From Myxococcota bacterium (lineage in GTDB: Bacteria > Myxococcota_A > UBA9160 > UBA4427): 38,598 bases of DNA. The position numbers were made by a program, and so were the translations under genes. The stretch's first letter is position 1. Each line of letters starts with the position of its first letter. Shown here one piece after another: positions 1 to 9,244 of the stretch. The notes below the pieces were generated by a model. It had not been told where the DNA came from. It made no database searches and saw only the letters and a program-made list of their open reading frames with translations. The stretch is from NCBI GenBank assembly GCA_041440805.1, contig JASDVF010000008.1:54466-93063 (forward strand), written 5' to 3'.

Positions 1-26
1 CGCTGGCCAGCGTCGTCGAAGAACTT

Positions 27-632
27 TTGGTGGGGCTCGGATACACGGATCCGGACCTCGTCGCGGGTGTCGGTGTAGATAGCGGCGTGGATGTTGCTGC
101 GGGTACGCAGGATGTTGCTGCGGGTTCGTCGAGCGAGAACGCGGACGGTGAGACGAATACCGGACGTGGGCTCGATGCGAAAATCGGGAACTCCGGATTC
201 AATAGCGATGCGCCCATCGAGATTAAGGCGGACGAAGCGGAGATTATTAATCGGGAATCCGGCCGTGAACTGCGATTTCAACGCAATGTGCTCGTCCGTC
301 AGGCGAACGTCACTCTGCGCAGTGATGAGCTGGAAGCGACCTATAAGAGGGGCGCTTCGGAGCCGGAGCGGTTGATTGCCCAAGGTCGTGTATTCGTCGA
401 TCAGGGCGCGCGCCAAGCGAAATGTGATCGAGCGGTCTATCTGCGAGCCGAGCAACAACTGACATGCCGTGGTCACGCCGAGCTTGTTCAAGGCTGCGAC
501 ATCGTACGGGGTGAATCGATTCAATTCGATCTCGCCGCCGATCGTGCGCGGGTCGAAGGTTCGGCGTCGATTGTGATCCGACCGGAATCAGACGGCGGCG
601 AGAAATGCGCCGATGGAGGGGAACTCTTGTGA
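27..632 (+). CDS. lptA: LPS transport periplasmic protein LptA/OstA-like (true start may lie upstream of the window)
   Basis: OstA-type beta-jellyroll sequence (PIEIKADEAE, FQRNVLVRQANVTLRSDEL, LIAQGRV, LTCRGHAELVQG, RGESI); stop overlaps the lptB start (GTGA). Confidence 0.8.
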   Translation: MVGLGYTDPDLVAGVGVDSGVDVAAGTQDVAAGSSSENADGETNTGRGLDAKIGNSGFNSDAPIEIKADEAEIINRESGRELRFQRNVLVRQANVTLRSDELEATYKRGASEPERLIAQGRVFVDQGARQAKCDRAVYLRAEQQLTCRGHAELVQGCDIVRGESIQFDLAADRARVEGSASIVIRPESDGGEKCADGGELL

Positions 633-1360
633 GTAAGTCGGTGCTCTCGGCGACGGGACTCGTGAAGCGGTACGGAGAGAAGACGGCGGTTCAAGGCATC
701 GACCTTGAAGTGCGAAGCTCAGAGGTCGTTGGGCTTTTGGGCCCTAACGGCGCGGGGAAAACGACGACCTTCAACATGATGGCCGGCAGTGTTCGCCCCA
801 CAAAAGGTCAGGTCTTTCTCGACGATGAAGACATCACCGAGCTTCCTATGTATCGACGCGCTCGCATGGGGATTACCTATCTCCCCCAGGAGGCCTCGAT
901 CTTCCGGAAGCTATCGGTGGCGGACAACGTCGGTGCGATTCTGGAAACCGTCGAGCCAAACCGAAAACGGCGGAAGGAGCGGCTCGCCGAGCTCTTGACC
1001 GAGCTTGGACTCACGGAGCGAGCTTCTCGCAAGGGCGCGGACTTGTCCGGTGGTGAGCGTCGGCGTGTAGAGATCACGAGAGCGCTCGTTCTCGATCCAC
1101 AATTCATGATGCTCGACGAACCCTTCGCGGGCGTCGATCCGATTGCGGTGATCGATATCCAAAAGATCATTCAACAACTCAAGGATCGAGGCATCGGCGT
1201 TATCATTACGGATCACAACGTGCGCGAAACCCTCTCGATCTGTGACCGCGCCTATATCATCAAGGACGGAGCCATTCTCCGCCTTGGAACGCCGGCGGAG
1301 ATCGCTGAAGATCCGGAGGTCCGCGAGGTCTACTTAGGAAAGAACTTCAGTCTGAACTGA
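629..1360 (+). CDS. lptB: LPS export ABC transporter ATP-binding protein
   Basis: GPNGAGKTT Walker A, YLPQEASIFRKL, LSGGERRRVEI, LDEPFAGVDPI, ITDHNVRETL; GTG at 629 with GGAGGG at 615-620. Confidence 0.96.
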   Translation: MSKSVLSATGLVKRYGEKTAVQGIDLEVRSSEVVGLLGPNGAGKTTTFNMMAGSVRPTKGQVFLDDEDITELPMYRRARMGITYLPQEASIFRKLSVADNVGAILETVEPNRKRRKERLAELLTELGLTERASRKGADLSGGERRRVEITRALVLDPQFMMLDEPFAGVDPIAVIDIQKIIQQLKDRGIGVIITDHNVRETLSICDRAYIIKDGAILRLGTPAEIAEDPEVREVYLGKNFSLN

Positions 1361-1563
1361 TTACAACGCCTTGAGCGGAATGCTCCTGGTAGCCTCGAGA
1401 GCGAATGGGTGCGGGCTGAGGCATCGCACCGGCAGAGAGTTCACCCGGGACGCTCTGAGGCTTTCTTCGCCTCAAGAGATCGTCCCGAGAGGCCGCGAAG
1501 TAGAATGGGAACTGTTACTCCCGACCGTTCCGGTCGCGAGACGCGAGAGGGTGCCGCAAGGCC

Positions 1564-3150
1564 ATGGCCATCGAACTAAGACAACAGCTGAAGCTCTCGC
1601 AGAGCCTCGTTATGACGCCGCAGTTGCAACAGGCGATCAAGTTGTTGCAGCTGAATCAGCTCGAGTTGGTCAACCTCGTGCAGCAGGAACTACAGGAAAA
1701 CCCCGTCCTCGAAGAGACCGAAATCGAGGAAGAGACGGAGGGTGAGCGCCAGGACGCGACCGAAGATGATTTCGGAGAGTCCGGCGAAAGCCAAGGCGAG
1801 GGGCAGGACGCGGATGCATCAGGTGGCGACGAAGGTCCGAGTGACTTGTCCCTGGACGATCTTCAAATGGCCGGCGACAGGAATGCCGACGGTTCATCGA
1901 CGGAAGAATCCGGGCCGAGTGATGCCGAGAAAATCGCGGACATTGAGTGGGAGCAGTACCTAGACAGTAATCCCATGACCGGGCTCGATCATAGCGGCGT
2001 GGCCGGTGAAGATGATCGTCCGTCTCTCGAGGCAACCTACGCGCGACGACCGAGTCTTGCAGAGCATCTCGAATGGCAGCTTCAGGTCACAGACCTTGAT
2101 GAGTTCGGGCTCGAGATTGCGCGCTGGGTGATCGGCAATATTGACGAACGCGGATTCCTTCGGTCGACGGTTGAAGAGATCGCGCGACAATCGGGCGCAG
2201 AAGAGTCCGATGTCGAACGCGCGTTAAGTGCGATCCAGAAACTCGATCCGACGGGCGTCGGCGCGCGAGACCTCCGCGAATGCTTGCTGCTGCAGATCGA
2301 TACCCACAAGGTCGGCGATTCGTTAGTTCGTCGACTGGTGGCCGACCATATCGACTTGTTGCAGAAGCGTGACTTCCGCGGCTTGTCACGGGTGACCGGG
2401 GCAACCCTTCAAGAGGTCGCTGATGCAGTGAACGTAGTCGGCGGGCTCGAGCCTCGACCGGGGCGTGGCTTCGGTGGCGAAGATCCCGTCTACATCACGC
2501 CAGATATCTTTGTCTATAAGATCGGCGAGGACTTTCACGTTCTCTTGAATGAAGACGGCCTACCCAAGCTGAAGATCAACTCGATGTACCGCGATGTTCT
2601 CTCTGGTGGTGCGACGAACGGAACTGCTGCCGAAGGTGAGCTGCGCGAGAAGGACACGAAGAACTACGTCAGTGAAAAGGTTCGGTCAGCGATGTGGCTG
2701 ATTAAATCGATTCACCAGCGTCAGCGCACGATCTACAAGGTGATGCAGTCGATCATCCAATATCAGCGCGACTTCTTCGAGCACGGCATCGCTCATCTCA
2801 AGCCTCTGAACCTTCGTGACGTCGCAGACGATATCGAGATGCACGAGTCGACGGTCAGCCGCGTTACGACGAACAAGTATGTTCATACGCCCCAGGGCAT
2901 CTTTGAGCTCAAATACTTCTTCAACTCGAGCATCAGTCGCTCGGACGGGGGTGAGGCCCTCGCGAGCGAGTCCGTGAAGGACAAGATCCGCAAAATCATC
3001 GAGAGCGAAGATCCATCTCGGCCGATGTCGGACCAGCGGATCCAGGAAATGCTGAAGGCTGCCAGTATCGATATCGCGCGCCGCACGGTGACCAAATACC
3101 GCGAAGCGATGAATATCCTGTCCTCGACGAAGCGCCGGCAGGTCGTATAG
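1564..3150 (+). CDS. rpoN: RNA polymerase sigma-54 factor
   Basis: Region I MTPQLQQAIKLLQL, HTH MHESTVSRVT, RpoN box ARRTVTKYRE. Confidence 0.98.
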   Translation: MAIELRQQLKLSQSLVMTPQLQQAIKLLQLNQLELVNLVQQELQENPVLEETEIEEETEGERQDATEDDFGESGESQGEGQDADASGGDEGPSDLSLDDLQMAGDRNADGSSTEESGPSDAEKIADIEWEQYLDSNPMTGLDHSGVAGEDDRPSLEATYARRPSLAEHLEWQLQVTDLDEFGLEIARWVIGNIDERGFLRSTVEEIARQSGAEESDVERALSAIQKLDPTGVGARDLRECLLLQIDTHKVGDSLVRRLVADHIDLLQKRDFRGLSRVTGATLQEVADAVNVVGGLEPRPGRGFGGEDPVYITPDIFVYKIGEDFHVLLNEDGLPKLKINSMYRDVLSGGATNGTAAEGELREKDTKNYVSEKVRSAMWLIKSIHQRQRTIYKVMQSIIQYQRDFFEHGIAHLKPLNLRDVADDIEMHESTVSRVTTNKYVHTPQGIFELKYFFNSSISRSDGGEALASESVKDKIRKIIESEDPSRPMSDQRIQEMLKAASIDIARRTVTKYREAMNILSSTKRRQVV

Positions 3151-3201
3151 CCGAGGCTCGTTGCCAGGAAAGATCGCAATCCTGGTCTTTGCAGGCATGT
3201 T

Positions 3202-3217
3202 TGGCATAGCGCTGGCA
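3202..3217 (+). promoter_or_regulatory. Possible sigma54 -24/-12 promoter upstream of ptsN
   Basis: TGGCATAGCGCTGGCA has GG-N10-GC spacing, with TGGCA instead of TTGCA at -12. Confidence 0.35.
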
Positions 3218-3258
3218 GTGGGGGCTGGGATAGAGTGCGCCGCAATTCGGAGCGGCCC

Positions 3259-3720
3259 ATGAAGATCACCGACATTCTCGTCCGCGAGGCATCGATCCTC
3301 GACCTCGAAGCGAATACGAAGGACGACGTTCTCGCGGAACTCGCGGGTGCGCTTTCTAGCGCCGAGCCAGCCCTTGAGCGACAGACCTTGCTCAGCGTCC
3401 TGCGAGAGCGCGAAGCGCTTCAAAGCACGGGAATCGGTGAAGGCGTGGCGATCCCCCATGGGAAGCTTGAAGGCCTGGACCGTCTCGTCGCGACCTTCGC
3501 GCGCAGCACTTCTGGCGTCAATTTCGAGTCGATCGACGGTCAGCACACGCAGCTCTTCTTCCTTCTCGTGGTTCCCGAGCAATCGGGTGGCCAGCATTTG
3601 AAGGCCTTGGCGCGGATCTCGCGCTTCTTCCGCGACGCGAGTTTCCGAGAGAAGCTGCTCGTAGCTTCCGATCTGGACACGATTTTCCGCGCAATCGAAG
3701 AAGAAGACGCCAAGTTCTAG
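3259..3720 (+). CDS. ptsN: PTS nitrogen-regulatory EIIA(Ntr)
   Basis: REALQSTGIGEGVAIPHGK (phospho-His motif), HLKALARISR; ATG at 3259 after GGAG; downstream of rpoN. Confidence 0.93.
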   Translation: MKITDILVREASILDLEANTKDDVLAELAGALSSAEPALERQTLLSVLREREALQSTGIGEGVAIPHGKLEGLDRLVATFARSTSGVNFESIDGQHTQLFFLLVVPEQSGGQHLKALARISRFFRDASFREKLLVASDLDTIFRAIEEEDAKF

Positions 3721-3849
3721 GGCCAGCGTTACCCGAGTTATCTTTTCGTGCAGGATGCTTTGCGGCACGAGCCCGATGCGAAGTCAGCTACTCTGGTCTG
3801 TCGCATAGGCTGCATTCGTGCTTCCGGCAAAGGCGGCGGGGGACCTTTC

Positions 3850-4425
3850 GTGAGCCAACCGCAAGAACACGAGTCGCAGATCCACGGTTCCCTCGTTGAG
3901 GTCGCGGGGGTCGGCGTCTTGATCCTGGGCCGATCCGGCGTAGGGAAGAGCGAGTGCGTGATTGAATTGGTTCGCCGTGGCCAGAGACTGGTTGCGGATG
4001 ATGTTGTGCGTTTGCGCGTCGACGATGGCGCTATCCTGGGGTGGGCGCCCCCTCATATCCGCCACTTCATCGAGGTCCGCGGTTTGGGTTTGATGAACGT
4101 CGCGGACCTTTTCGGTGAGCAGGCGACTCTTGAGCGATGTGCCGTCGGCTTCGTTGTTCGGCTCGAATCTGTCGCGAAGGGGAAGCAGTTCGAGCGGATC
4201 GGGTTTGAACGCGAATTCGAGACTCTGCTGGGCGTCGCTGTTCCGAAGGTACGGCTGCCGGTGCACGCGGCCAGTAATCTTGCGACCCTCGTCGAGTTGG
4301 CGATTCGAGACTGGGAGCTGCGTTTGCAGGGTATCAATGCTGCGGAACGACTCGATGAGCGATTGCGCGCCGAGGGTGGCATCCTTCGTGACGCTGCGGG
4401 CAATGACGAGGGGGAGGGGCGATGA
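3850..4425 (+). CDS. hprK: HPr kinase/phosphorylase, catalytic domain only
   Basis: IHGSLV, Walker A GRSGVGKSE, LVADDVV, FIEVRGLG; start uncertain (GTG 3850 preferred over 3748). Confidence 0.85.
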   Translation: MSQPQEHESQIHGSLVEVAGVGVLILGRSGVGKSECVIELVRRGQRLVADDVVRLRVDDGAILGWAPPHIRHFIEVRGLGLMNVADLFGEQATLERCAVGFVVRLESVAKGKQFERIGFEREFETLLGVAVPKVRLPVHAASNLATLVELAIRDWELRLQGINAAERLDERLRAEGGILRDAAGNDEGEGR

Positions 4426-5297
4426 GTGGGCAGAACGATCAGCGGATCGTCTTCGTGAGTGGCCTGTCGGGGTCTGGGAAGACGACCGCGATGGCCGCGC
4501 TTGAGGACCTGTCGTTCTACTGCGTCGACAACCTCCCGGTTCAGCTCGTGCCGCAATTTCTGGATCTATGCACGACCGCTTCGAGTGGGATCGATAAGAT
4601 CGCACTGGCCGTGGATGCGCGGGAGAAGCATTTCCTCGAGCGCTTTCCGGAAGCCATCGAAGATCTGCGCGCGGGTGGGGCGAAGGTTGAAGTGCTCTTC
4701 CTCGACTGCTCGAATGACGTGCTCGAGCGGCGTTACCGAGAGACGCGACGGGTTCATCCTCTCTCGCCTGGCGGCTCGGTTATCGAGGGGATCGAACGGG
4801 AGCGCAGCCTGCTCGATCAGGTCGTGCGCATGTCGGATATGAATGTCGACACGACCGCGCTGAACGTCCACCAACTCAAAGATACTGTCGTTAGCTACGT
4901 CTCTGGCGGCGCAACCCGTCAAACCGTCGTGAACGTGATCTCCTTTGGCTATCGGCACGGGACACCCGCTTCGGTGGAGCTGCTCTTTGATGTGCGATTC
5001 CTACCGAATCCGTATTTCGAGGAGACGCTTCGCCAGGGCACGGGGCTCGAACCGGAAGTTGCGGGTTATGTACTCAAGAGCGAGCGGGGCGCAGAGTTCT
5101 TTAAACGCCTCGATCATTTCATCGATTTCCTGCTCCCGTTCTATGATGAAGAAGGCAAGGCCTATCTAACGATCGGAGTCGGCTGCACGGGCGGTCGACA
5201 TCGTTCGGTCGCGATCGCCGAAGCCATCGCCACACGCTTGCGCGAAGGCGACCGCGAGGTCAACGTGTCTCATCGCGACGTCGAGCGGCCGCTCTAG
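4422..5297 (+). CDS. rapZ: RNase adapter / nucleotide-binding protein RapZ (YhbJ/YvcJ family)
   Basis: SGLSGSGKT, YCVDNLP, RYRETRRVHPL, ISFGY, DVRFLPNPYF, GCTGGRHRSV. Confidence 0.95.
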   Translation: MSGQNDQRIVFVSGLSGSGKTTAMAALEDLSFYCVDNLPVQLVPQFLDLCTTASSGIDKIALAVDAREKHFLERFPEAIEDLRAGGAKVEVLFLDCSNDVLERRYRETRRVHPLSPGGSVIEGIERERSLLDQVVRMSDMNVDTTALNVHQLKDTVVSYVSGGATRQTVVNVISFGYRHGTPASVELLFDVRFLPNPYFEETLRQGTGLEPEVAGYVLKSERGAEFFKRLDHFIDFLLPFYDEEGKAYLTIGVGCTGGRHRSVAIAEAIATRLREGDREVNVSHRDVERPL

Positions 5298-5318
5298 ATG
5301 GCTGCGAGAGACGACACG

Positions 5319-5354
5319 ATCACTATCCCCACCACTGCCCCTATCACTGCCCCA
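5319..5354 (+). repeat. Three imperfect 12-bp tandem repeats
   Basis: ATCACTATCCCC / ACCACTGCCCCT / ATCACTGCCCCA. Confidence 0.7.
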
Positions 5355-5383
5355 ACGAATCGCAGTATGAAGGCCGAAATAAA

Positions 5384-5815
5384 ATGAAGACCCAAGACCA
5401 AGGTCCGAAGGTCGGCGTGCTGATCGTGACGCATTACCGACTCGGCGAAGAATTTCTCCAGGCGCTTCGGCTCATTCTCCCGGAGGCACCTGTTTGGGGT
5501 ACTGTCTCCGTGGATCCGACGATGGCCGTTGAAACCGTGCGGGGTTCGATCGCCGCTGGACTGAAAGCGGCGGATTCGGGCGAGGGCGTGCTCATCCTGA
5601 CCGATATGTTCGGGGGAACACCTTCGAATATGAGTCTCTCCTTCCACGACGAACATCAGGTCGAAGTGGTGACGGGAATGAATCTGCCGATGCTCATCAA
5701 GCTCGCGACGCTTCGTGAGCCCAAGCCTTTGGATGAGCTGGCGGCCTTCATTAAGGCCTACGGCCAGCGCAATATCTCAGTGGCGAGTGAACTCGTGCCG
5801 GAGGCTGAGGTTTGA
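5384..5815 (+). CDS. PTS mannose/fructose-family EIIA component (stand-alone)
   Basis: GVLIVTH (phospho-His), GVLILTDMFGGTPSN, VVTGMNLPML. Confidence 0.93.
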   Translation: MKTQDQGPKVGVLIVTHYRLGEEFLQALRLILPEAPVWGTVSVDPTMAVETVRGSIAAGLKAADSGEGVLILTDMFGGTPSNMSLSFHDEHQVEVVTGMNLPMLIKLATLREPKPLDELAAFIKAYGQRNISVASELVPEAEV

Positions 5816-6102
5816 GCAGCAACGCGACGGTCGAGCGCGAGTTCACGGTTCGTTCAGAACTGGGCCTGCATGCTCGCCCGGCGGGGCGGTTGGCTTCTGT
5901 GGCGGGTCGCTTCGAGTGCGAGATCACACTCGGGCGAGGCGATGAATGGGTCAGCGGATCCAGCGTCCTCTCTATCCTATGCCTCGCTGCCACTCAGGGG
6001 ACGATGCTTCGGGTGCGTGCCGTTGGTGCCGACGCTGAGCAGGCGGTGATGGAGCTTGGTGCGCTGATCGAGGCGCCAGATGAGGACACGCCGGGCGCGT
6101 GA
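5812..6102 (+). CDS. ptsH: Phosphocarrier protein HPr/NPr
   Basis: GLHARPA His15 motif; Ser46 region VSGSSVLSIL; TTG start overlaps the upstream stop. Confidence 0.92.
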   Translation: MSSNATVEREFTVRSELGLHARPAGRLASVAGRFECEITLGRGDEWVSGSSVLSILCLAATQGTMLRVRAVGADAEQAVMELGALIEAPDEDTPGA

Positions 6103-6220
6103 CCCCGTCCAACTCTATGCACTGAACTCGCTTGGCTCCGGCTCGCGAGGGGCGCCAGAAGGCCTGACGCGAGGGGGAAAGCGGTTCGTGTGCAAGGCCG
6201 CGAAATCACGCCGTTTTGGT

Positions 6221-6249
6221 TTGATCCCCAGGGTCTAAGCGCCTACCCT
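6221..6249 (+). promoter_or_regulatory. Putative sigma70 promoter of metK
   Basis: TTGATC-N17-TACCCT, ending 28 nt before the metK ATG. Confidence 0.45.
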
Positions 6250-6277
6250 GCGCCGCTCATAAATTAGGGAGACCTCG

Positions 6278-7441
6278 ATGGGAACGCGCTTGATGTTCAC
6301 TTCTGAGTCCGTGTCTATGGGACACCCGGACAAGATGTGCGACCAGATTTCTGACTCAATCCTCGATGCCATGCTGGCCCAGGACCCGAAATCACGTGTT
6401 GCCTGCGAAACCGCAACGACGACCGGGTTGGTGTTGGTTTGCGGCGAAGTCACGACGAGCGCGGTGGTCGACATCCCGACAATCGTTCGCAGCGTCGTTC
6501 ACGACATTGGCTACACGAGTTCAGACATGGGCTTCGATGCCGCCACGTGCGCCGTGCAAGTCGCTTTAGGCAAGCAGAGCCCGGACATCTCGCAGGGTGT
6601 TTCCGAAGGCGAAGGCCTCCACAAGGAGCAGGGCGCTGGCGATCAGGGCATGATGTTTGGTTTTGCCTGCGACGAAACGCCGGAGCTTATGCCCGCGCCG
6701 ATTCGTTTCTCGCATCGCCTCATCGAATCGCTTCGCGGCCACCTCGAGAGCGGCGAAATCGGTTACCTCCGCCCCGATGCGAAGAGCCAGGTCACGATCG
6801 AATATGATGAGGAAGACCGGCCGAAGCGCGTTGATACCGTCGTGCTATCGACCCAGCACTCCCCGGACGTTTCTCACGATCAACTCAAGAAGGACCTGAT
6901 CGAGAAGTGTGTTCGTGAGGTACTGCCGAGCGAACTGATCGACAACGACACGATCTTCCACATCAATCCGACCGGCCGATTCGTGGTCGGTGGACCGATG
7001 GGCGACGCAGGGCTGACCGGTCGCAAGATCATCGTGGACACCTACGGTGGAATGGGACGCCATGGCGGCGGTGCCTTCTCCGGCAAGGATCCGTCGAAGG
7101 TCGACCGCAGTGCGGCCTACGCAGCACGTTATGTCGCAAAGAATCTCGTCGCGGCCGGTGCTGCGCGTCGCGCAGAAGTGCAGCTCGCATACGCCATTGG
7201 CGTCGCTGAGCCGGTCTCGATTCGCGTCGATACATTCGGCACGAGCGATCTTGATCGCAGCCGGCTTGAACAGATCGTGCGCAAGCATTTCGATCTGACT
7301 CCTCGCGGCATCGACGAAGCACTCGACCTACGCCGCCCGATCTATCGAGCGACGTCTTACCACGGCCATTTCGGACGCGAAAACATCGGTCTCCCCTGGG
7401 AGCGCACCGACAAGGCCGAGGCCATTCGCGCCGACCTTTAG
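6278..7441 (+). CDS. metK: S-adenosylmethionine synthetase
   Basis: [35 protein letters not shown]. Confidence 0.98.
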   Translation: MGTRLMFTSESVSMGHPDKMCDQISDSILDAMLAQDPKSRVACETATTTGLVLVCGEVTTSAVVDIPTIVRSVVHDIGYTSSDMGFDAATCAVQVALGKQSPDISQGVSEGEGLHKEQGAGDQGMMFGFACDETPELMPAPIRFSHRLIESLRGHLESGEIGYLRPDAKSQVTIEYDEEDRPKRVDTVVLSTQHSPDVSHDQLKKDLIEKCVREVLPSELIDNDTIFHINPTGRFVVGGPMGDAGLTGRKIIVDTYGGMGRHGGGAFSGKDPSKVDRSAAYAARYVAKNLVAAGAARRAEVQLAYAIGVAEPVSIRVDTFGTSDLDRSRLEQIVRKHFDLTPRGIDEALDLRRPIYRATSYHGHFGRENIGLPWERTDKAEAIRADL

Positions 7442-7628
7442 TCACTCGACCCCGGACACGATGCCCCGTTTCACAACCGTATTGGCTTGGGACGGGGCGT
7501 CTCCGTCCTTGGGGCACAACGAAGCTTGCAGGCGAGGAGTGACGCGAATGATGAGCTGTCGCTACGCACGTGCAGAGTTTCGTTCGGTTATCAGGGATGC
7601 GGTGCCGTCGCGCATTGCTCGCCTTCCG

Positions 7629-8795
7629 ATGCGAAGTCCCGCCACGGTTCTGCTTCTACTTTCGTGGCTGTTGACGTTAGGCGTCGTCGGTTGCGCCAAT
7701 GCTCTGGCCGGTGGCTCTGAAGTCGTTCGAGTCTTGATCTACGACGCCCGTGAAGCGCTTGATATTGGACGGACACATGACGCGAGTCGGGTCGAGCTGA
7801 TTGACGGCCGGCTCATCTCGGGCGAGCGAGATCTCGGATCGCTCTGGTCGCCGAAAGGGAGCGGTCCTTGGAAGGTTGGCAGCAGAACCGTTAGAGGTCG
7901 CATCGCGGTGCGCGTCGAATCAGGGCGAATTCAGGTCCTTAACCGCGTCGACCTCGAGTCCTACGTGGCGTCCATCGTCGGCGGCGAGATGTCGGCGAGT
8001 TGGCCGAAGGAAGCGCTCCGAGCTCAGGCCGTCGCCGCACGCACCTATGTGTTGCATGAAGCGTCGAAACGGCGGAGCCGTGACTGGGATGTGCGGGCGA
8101 CGGCGGCGAGCCAGGTTTATCGCGGCATCTCGGCCGAATCCGACGAAACGCTGGCCGCTGCGAAGGCGACGCGTTCTGAAGTGTTGACCTACGGAGACGA
8201 GCCGATCCTGGCCGTTTTCCACTCGACTGCCGGGGGCCGAACGGCAACCGCGGGCGAGGTGTGGGGCGAAGATTTGCCCTATCTGCGCGTCGTTGAAGTA
8301 GAAGAAGAAGATGGGGCCCCTCACGCGTATTGGCGCACGCAATTCAGTCGATCCGATCTCGAGCGTGTCTTGTCGGCACAGGCGATCGAGGTTTCTTCCC
8401 TGCGTGGCCTTTCAGTCACGCGGAGGACGGGCAGTGGCCGCGTGGAGCGGCTCGAAGTGCGTGGCGAGGGCAGGTTGGAACAAGTTCGCGGCGCGCGACT
8501 AAGGCGACTGGTTTCGAGCCTTCGTCTTCGCAGCACGCTGTTTGATGTGAAGAAGACGGCCGACGGATTTGCTTTCGTTGGCTCCGGTTATGGACACGGC
8601 GTTGGGATGAGTCAGTGGGGCGCGCGCTCGTTAGCAGAGCGCGGAGAGTCGTATCAGCGTATCCTCGCGCGCTTCTACCCCGGAACACGGTTGCAGAGGT
8701 GGTCCTCTCGCCGGGTTTCTGGATTGGTACCAAGTCAAAATGTCACGGCGGGCGACGATGATTCGCGTCAAGTCGCGCAAGGAGAGGTGAGATGA
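7629..8795 (+). CDS. SpoIID/LytB-family peptidoglycan lytic transglycosylase, probable lipoprotein
   Basis: EALRAQAVAARTY, SQVYRG, FHSTAGG, GYGHGVGMSQWGA; ATG 7629 gives a signal peptide with lipobox-like VVGC. Confidence 0.88.
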   Translation: MRSPATVLLLLSWLLTLGVVGCANALAGGSEVVRVLIYDAREALDIGRTHDASRVELIDGRLISGERDLGSLWSPKGSGPWKVGSRTVRGRIAVRVESGRIQVLNRVDLESYVASIVGGEMSASWPKEALRAQAVAARTYVLHEASKRRSRDWDVRATAASQVYRGISAESDETLAAAKATRSEVLTYGDEPILAVFHSTAGGRTATAGEVWGEDLPYLRVVEVEEEDGAPHAYWRTQFSRSDLERVLSAQAIEVSSLRGLSVTRRTGSGRVERLEVRGEGRLEQVRGARLRRLVSSLRLRSTLFDVKKTADGFAFVGSGYGHGVGMSQWGARSLAERGESYQRILARFYPGTRLQRWSSRRVSGLVPSQNVTAGDDDSRQVAQGEVR

Positions 8796-9160
8796 GTTCG
8801 GGTCCCGTCACGGGCGTATTGGTTCCGCTGCAGGCGCAGGGGGGAGATATCTCCTTCGTTCTGATGCTGGGCGCAATTATGTTGATCTTCTACCTCCTGG
8901 TGCTCCGTCCCCAGCAGAAACAGCAAAAAGAACGCGAAGAATTCCTTCGGACAGCGGCCAAGGGCGACGATGTAATTACACAGGGAGGTGTTCACGGCAA
9001 AGTAAGCGCTGTGAATGGTGATGTCTTAGAAGTCGAAGTGGGACGAGTGCGTGGCGACAAGGTGAAGCTCAGGATCAGTCTAGGTCGGATTGATCAGCTT
9101 ACGAAGCCGGGACAGGCCAAGGACAAGGCCGACGGCGACGTGGAAGCAACAAAAAGTTAG
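8792..9160 (+). CDS. yajC: Preprotein translocase subunit YajC
   Basis: IFYLLVLRPQQKQQK, KGDDVITQGGVHG; upstream of secDF. Confidence 0.93.
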   Translation: MSSGPVTGVLVPLQAQGGDISFVLMLGAIMLIFYLLVLRPQQKQQKEREEFLRTAAKGDDVITQGGVHGKVSAVNGDVLEVEVGRVRGDKVKLRISLGRIDQLTKPGQAKDKADGDVEATKS

Positions 9161-9244
9161 TTCGGAATGTGTTAGGGACCGAGGTCTCAGACGGGATTCC
9201 GCAGATGAATAGGTACTGGTCATAGACCAGGCAGGAGATTAACA

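Noticed and set aside
89-125. Duplicated GGATGTTGCTGCGGGT with 21-nt period
   Set aside because: Only two copies, encoding DVAAG in a low-complexity LptA linker; not a CRISPR or mobile-element repeat
2686-3768. 360-aa - strand ORF and similar antisense or alternate-frame ORFs throughout the window
   Set aside because: They overlap well-supported genes and are expected in GC-rich DNA
6118-6194. SRP (4.5S) RNA on the - strand (CGCGTCAGGCC)
   Set aside because: The conserved GGAAGGAAGCAGC continuation is missing
7461-7628. N-terminal extension of the SpoIID ORF as given in the ORF track
   Set aside because: Not protein-like; the signal peptide begins at ATG 7629
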